This document shows, in pieces, positions 16,396 through 20,344 of a stretch of 20,344 nt of DNA. The DNA lies in assembly GCA_041736305.1 (NCBI GenBank), contig JBGSTX010000073.1:1-20344 (forward strand), written 5' to 3'. How positions within the stretch are numbered: the stretch's first letter is position 1; every line of letters starts with the position of its first letter. The translations under genes were made by a program, and so were the position numbers. The notes beneath the pieces are model-generated. The model did not search any database and was not told the DNA's origin. It worked only from the letters and a program-made list of their open reading frames with translations. This stretch comes from Oligoflexus sp. (GTDB taxonomy: Bacteria > Bdellovibrionota_B > Oligoflexia > Oligoflexales > Oligoflexaceae).

Positions 16396-16676
16396 TTCAA
16401 TTGTCATTCTGGAGACAATTAAGCTGGGCTTCAGCTTGGGCACACCTCTCAAGCTCGACTGTGAGAAGCCTTGGAGAAAACTTCCAGCTCATTAAAGTCT
16501 GTTCACGGGACATTGCAGGAGCGTCTCGTAAATGTTTCGCTCCGAAGGTAATTTCAGTCGGTCGCGCCTGATCTCACTTGCCTTGACACTCTTTATATTT
16601 TTGCTGCGATTCGCAGGGACAAGGTTCATACACAGAACCCCCGAAAACCTGCAAGCGTCCTTCGAGCTCTTTTAGG
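16396..16676 (+). repeat. Direct repeat copy 2, lacking 167 bp present in copy 1
   Basis: Joins the equivalent of 14863 directly to the equivalent of 15031, with a 1-nt T microhomology at the junction. Confidence 0.95.
16574..16629 (-). pseudogene. Decayed SEC-C gene remnant within repeat copy 2
   Basis: Reads EPCPCESQQKYKECQGK* against [17 protein letters not shown]. The start codon, RBS and His-rich N-terminus are deleted, and the metal-ligand His has become Gln. Confidence 0.85.
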
Positions 16677-16735
16677 CCTGATTCCTGCTTAGCTCAGGTG
16701 GGTTTCGAACAAGCGTCTCTTTCCTAAAGGAGTAC

Positions 16736-17890
16736 ATGATGTTAGCTATGACATATCGAGGGCCTTACAGGGTGAGGGCTGAGCAGAAAGCGGAGCCGAA
16801 ACTCGAGCATCCAAACGATGCTCTTGTTAGAGTGACGCGTTCCGCTATTTGCGGGTCTGATCTTCACCTTTACCATGGTCTCGTACCGGATACTCGGGTG
16901 GGAACGACCTTTGGTCATGAGTTTACTGGGGTTGTAGAAGAGGTCGGTTCTTCAGTCGAAAATCTCAAAGTTGGCGATAGGGTTTTGGTACCTTTCAACA
17001 TCGCCTGCGGTTCTTGTGTCTTCTGCAAGAAAGAACTCTATGGCAACTGCCATGATTCAAATCCTGAAGCTACAGCCATCGGCGGGATCTTCGGCTATTC
17101 CCATACCGCGGGAGGCTACGATGGTGGCCAGGCTGAATATGTGCGTGTACCCTACGCCGATATTAGCCCTATGAAGATACCCGACGATATTGACGTCGAC
17201 GATGCTCTCATGCTCACCGATGCTCTGCCTACCGGCTATCAAGCTGCTGAAATGGGAGATATTAAACGCGGTGATACTGTGGTGGTCTTCGGGGCTGGAC
17301 CGGTTGGGATTTTCGCAGCTCGCAGCGCCTGGCTTTTGGGAGCTGGCCGGGTCATTGTCGTCGATCACGTCGATTATCGACTTCAGTTTGTCAAAGACTA
17401 TGCGCCAGCGGAAATTATCAATTTCAAGGAAATTGATGATCCGGTGGTGCATCTGAAGAAAATAACGGATTGGATTGGCCCTGACGTTTGTATCGATGCG
17501 GTAGGGGCTGAGGCTAGCGGCAGCGCTCTGCAAAGACTTACAGGCATTACGCTACCGCTGCAGGGTGGAGCTGCTACGGCTCTCTTTTGGGCCATTAATT
17601 CGGTACGCAAGGGGGGAAATGTCTCTATCGTCGGGGTGTACGGACCTACCTTTAACCTCGTGCCGATCGGCAATGCGATAAATAAAGGGCTGACGCTGCG
17701 CATGAATCAGGCCAGCGTCAAACGTCACCTCCCGCATCTTATCGAGCACATTAGGGCTGGGCATATCGATCCCAAAGCGATTATCACCCACCGGGTGCCG
17801 CTAGGCGAGGTGGCGGAAGCCTACCATATGTTCTCGAGCAAGCTCGATCATTGTATTAAGACAGTTTTGATCCCACCCACGGCGATGTGA
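16736..17890 (+). CDS. Zinc-dependent alcohol dehydrogenase, glutathione-dependent formaldehyde dehydrogenase-like (MDR family)
   Basis: CGSDLH, GHE, structural Zn CGSCVFC...C, Rossmann GAGPVG, DAVG. AAGGAG RBS. Confidence 0.92.
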   Translation: MMLAMTYRGPYRVRAEQKAEPKLEHPNDALVRVTRSAICGSDLHLYHGLVPDTRVGTTFGHEFTGVVEEVGSSVENLKVGDRVLVPFNIACGSCVFCKKELYGNCHDSNPEATAIGGIFGYSHTAGGYDGGQAEYVRVPYADISPMKIPDDIDVDDALMLTDALPTGYQAAEMGDIKRGDTVVVFGAGPVGIFAARSAWLLGAGRVIVVDHVDYRLQFVKDYAPAEIINFKEIDDPVVHLKKITDWIGPDVCIDAVGAEASGSALQRLTGITLPLQGGAATALFWAINSVRKGGNVSIVGVYGPTFNLVPIGNAINKGLTLRMNQASVKRHLPHLIEHIRAGHIDPKAIITHRVPLGEVAEAYHMFSSKLDHCIKTVLIPPTAM

Positions 17891-17902
17891 AAGGATTTCT
17901 CT

Positions 17903-18397
17903 ATGGAACAGTCTATAAGACAAACATCCGTAAAAGGCTGGGGCGTTGACCTCGATGCTGCACAGAGACCAGCAGTCCCGATGGAACACACGCCGCCTGG
18001 TGGTACAGGAGCTCACTGGGAGCAGCCAGAGCCGCAGTTTTCCGGCATCCGCGTCTTCCAGTCGATAGAACGGCCGGCGATGACTCACGTCTACGGGACT
18101 TCTGCGCCCCCGCGTGGAATCAGCGGCAGGATGCGCGCTTATGCTTATGAGTTCGGGGAGGCTCGTCTGGCTCGCTGGATGACCTTGCTCGCTGCTGATC
18201 GGGTGGATGTAATCGAAGGGCTCGTCGACGATTTGCAGCGCGGTAAGATCCCAAATATTTTTGCCGAAATGGGCTTGGGCGCCGAGTGGAAGTACAATAA
18301 GAAAGCCCTGGTCCGCCGTGCCCTCGTCGGTGCGAGTGCGGTGGCGGCGGGAGCTTTTATTGTTAGTTCAGCGCGTAAAATAGCGAGAATTATCTGA
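17903..18397 (+). CDS. Hypothetical protein with C-terminal hydrophobic anchor, co-transcribed with the Zn dehydrogenase
   Basis: Starts 12 bp after the dehydrogenase stop with an AAGGA RBS. Contains GWGVD..RPAVPME, GTSAPPRGISG and WMTLLAADRVDVIEG. Confidence 0.8.
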   Translation: MEQSIRQTSVKGWGVDLDAAQRPAVPMEHTPPGGTGAHWEQPEPQFSGIRVFQSIERPAMTHVYGTSAPPRGISGRMRAYAYEFGEARLARWMTLLAADRVDVIEGLVDDLQRGKIPNIFAEMGLGAEWKYNKKALVRRALVGASAVAAGAFIVSSARKIARII

Positions 18398-18412
18398 GTC
18401 GATTCGATCGCT

Positions 18413-19333
18413 TTAGTGCGGTGCAGCTACATGGGGTTTTTCCCCTGTTGGCTGCTTCGCTCGGAGAATATCGCTGCGTGCCTTGGCCGAGAGATTATAG
18501 CTTTGACCAGCCAGGCGTTCGAATTCTACTATGTCGTGAGCGCAGAAGACTTCGACTTCATCTCGCTGTGAGTTGGCTAGTTCTCTCAAACGTTGCTGAT
18601 TCCAAAGCCTAGCCAGACGATCTTTCTCCATCATCGACTGATAGAAGCGGAGGCCCGGCGTACAGTGGGGTCGATCGAGCTTCATTTCTTCATGGTAAAA
18701 ATAAGCGTCTCCGGTTTGAAACAACCAACGCCCTGAAACCTGTATCGCGATACCTGCATGCCCGAAGGTATGCCCGACTAAGGGAACCATGACGATTTCA
18801 GGCGGCAGCCCTTCTAGTTGATGAACACGGTCAAATCCATACCAGGGCTCGGCTTCACCAGCTTGGTAGACCCTCCAATTCTTCTGCGTGGACCACTGCT
18901 GGGGCCGAAAGCGTTGACGATCGAGCCAGCTTCCCTGCTTGAAGGCCTCAGTCTTTTCTCGCTTCATCAGATGCACGCTTGCCCAGGGAAAATCATCGAG
19001 ACCCCCTGCATGATCGAAGTCGAGGTGAGTCAGGACTATATGCCGAACATCGTGAGGATCGAACCCGAGCGCTTCGATCTGCCGAATCGCAGTCATTTCC
19101 TCGCGAAAGTCGGGACTCAGCAGACTGAGAAAAAAACTGCTGAGACGACTCTTCGGATTTCTGACGTCTTTAAGTCCAAAGCCGGTGTCGACGAGTACGA
19201 GTGTAGAATCTGTCTCTATCAAGAGGCAGTGGCAAGCAAGATGCCCCCGCTCTAAGGGCGAGCTAGAGAAACCATCCATGAGACGACCACCTAGGGGACA
19301 GGAAGAAATGCAGTTGAGATGATGAACGCGCAT
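18413..19333 (-). CDS. MBL-fold metallo-hydrolase
   Basis: VHHLNC, CHCLLIET..LVLVDTGFG, THLDFDHAGG, GHTFGH, GDAY and CAHD. GGAGG upstream. Confidence 0.92.
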   Translation of the reverse strand: MRVHHLNCISSCPLGGRLMDGFSSSPLERGHLACHCLLIETDSTLVLVDTGFGLKDVRNPKSRLSSFFLSLLSPDFREEMTAIRQIEALGFDPHDVRHIVLTHLDFDHAGGLDDFPWASVHLMKREKTEAFKQGSWLDRQRFRPQQWSTQKNWRVYQAGEAEPWYGFDRVHQLEGLPPEIVMVPLVGHTFGHAGIAIQVSGRWLFQTGDAYFYHEEMKLDRPHCTPGLRFYQSMMEKDRLARLWNQQRLRELANSQRDEVEVFCAHDIVEFERLAGQSYNLSAKARSDILRAKQPTGEKPHVAAPH

Positions 19334-19553
19334 GCGAGACCTCCTTCAGCTATTGGGCGTTGAATTGCCCATCATGCGGCACGGAGTATGGATAGATCTT
19401 GCACAGGATGAGCCAAACTTAGTAGGCAGTCAATGTTTCAAAAGATGTGCACTGCTTTTCTTTTGCATGCTTATGCATATTGCCTCTTAGGTAGAGAGTT
19501 GCCACACTCCTGTTTAGCGCGTGATTAAACGCAGCAGAAGGAGGACTATTATC

Positions 19554-20344
19554 ATGACAACATCAACGTCGAGCTCGACCATAAATCCTCTTGCGGTTGT
19601 TACCGGCGCATCTGATGGCATTGGGTTTGAACTCGCCAAGCAATTTGCGCAAAATGGCTTTGACCTCATCATCGCCGCCGAAGATCCTGGCATCATCGAA
19701 GCTAGGCAGGTATTCGAGAATCTTGGAGTTACGGTGAGCAGCGTCCAAGTGAATTTAGCTCATGCGAAAGGAGTTGAGTTTCTCTATGCAAAGATTAAAG
19801 AGAATGGCCGCCCCGTTGCAGCTATAGCCATCAATGCTGGAGTTGGAGTCGGAGGATCCTTCGCACGTGATACGGACCTGCAAGCTGAACTCAATATGAT
19901 TAATCTTAATGTGACCTCGTCAGTGCATCTCGCCAAACTCATTGTCAAAGACATGCTGCAGCTGGGACAGGGCCGCATCCTTTTTACCTCTTCGATCGCC
20001 GCGACGATGCCCGCTCCATTCCAAGCTGTCTACGGCGCTACAAAAGCCTTCATCCAGTCCTTTGCAGAAGCCCTGAGGAATGAACTCAAAGACAGCGGTA
20101 TTGTCGTCACAGCGTTGATGCCCGGAGCTACAGAAACTAAGTTCTTCCAGCGAGCTAGAATGGAAAATACTAAGGTGGGGGCCGAGCAAAAGGATGATTC
20201 GGCAGAAGTCGCTCGCGAAGGATTTGAGGCGCTCATGGCTGGGAAAGACCATATCGTGGCAGGATCCTTGAAGAACAAGATTCTTGCCTACGGAGGTAAG
20301 ATTCTACCTGAAAAACTAAAGGCTGGAATGCATCGCCGGGAATC
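19554..20344 (+). CDS. SDR family NAD(P)-dependent oxidoreductase (partial; 3' end off the right edge)
   Basis: Hand translation from ATG 19554 (GGAGG upstream) is open to the edge, with TGASDGIG, INAGVG, TSS, YGATK and MPGAT motifs. Confidence 0.93.
   Translation, partial: MTTSTSSSTINPLAVVTGASDGIGFELAKQFAQNGFDLIIAAEDPGIIEARQVFENLGVTVSSVQVNLAHAKGVEFLYAKIKENGRPVAAIAINAGVGVGGSFARDTDLQAELNMINLNVTSSVHLAKLIVKDMLQLGQGRILFTSSIAATMPAPFQAVYGATKAFIQSFAEALRNELKDSGIVVTALMPGATETKFFQRARMENTKVGAEQKDDSAEVAREGFEALMAGKDHIVAGSLKNKILAYGGKILPEKLKAGMHRRE

Noticed and set aside
16290-16571. 93-aa ORF similar to the 14458-14805 ORF
   Set aside because: The similarity is fully explained by the DNA duplication and there is no sign of coding selection.
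14630-16676. Repeat pair as a diversity-generating retroelement TR/VR
   Set aside because: Mismatches involve all four bases in both copies rather than being adenine-specific, and there is no reverse transcriptase in the window.
19514-20278. Several short minus-strand ORFs
   Set aside because: Antisense shadows of the SDR gene.
1-20344. CRISPR array, tRNA, rRNA, IS element or prophage
   Set aside because: No regularly spaced short repeats, RNA gene signatures, transposase, integrase or phage structural module were seen. The fibre-like motifs sit in a host-type lipoprotein.

Overview
Bacterial chromosomal accessory region rich in exported proteins. The fibre-like lipoprotein and the Cys-rich secreted repeat proteins suggest an Oligoflexia/Bdellovibrionota-like organism, but this is inference only. 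Left to right: a >889-aa repeat-rich fibre/adhesin lipoprotein running off the left edge (not in the ORF track); an AAA_14/DUF4143 ATPase; a SAM methyltransferase; an agmatine/peptidylarginine deiminase whose lipoprotein signal is cut off by one in-frame TAA; and a co-oriented trio of exported metalloproteins. The trio is a carotenoid-oxygenase-family enzyme with a twin-arginine signal, a secreted protein ending in CXXCH, and a Tat lipoprotein with four tandem superoxide-reductase-like His4Cys domains. Next come a FemAB-like GNAT, a PhyH dioxygenase, an AI-2E transporter and a 58-aa His-rich SEC-C protein (not in the track). A ~1.3-kb islet follows, holding an intact secreted Cys-repeat gene and an internally deleted paralog, bracketed by a ~93% identical direct duplication of the AI-2E 3' end/SEC-C locus. 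The window ends with a Zn-dependent dehydrogenase, a hypothetical protein, an MBL hydrolase and an SDR running off the right edge. No rRNA, tRNA, CRISPR array, transposase or integrase was recognised.
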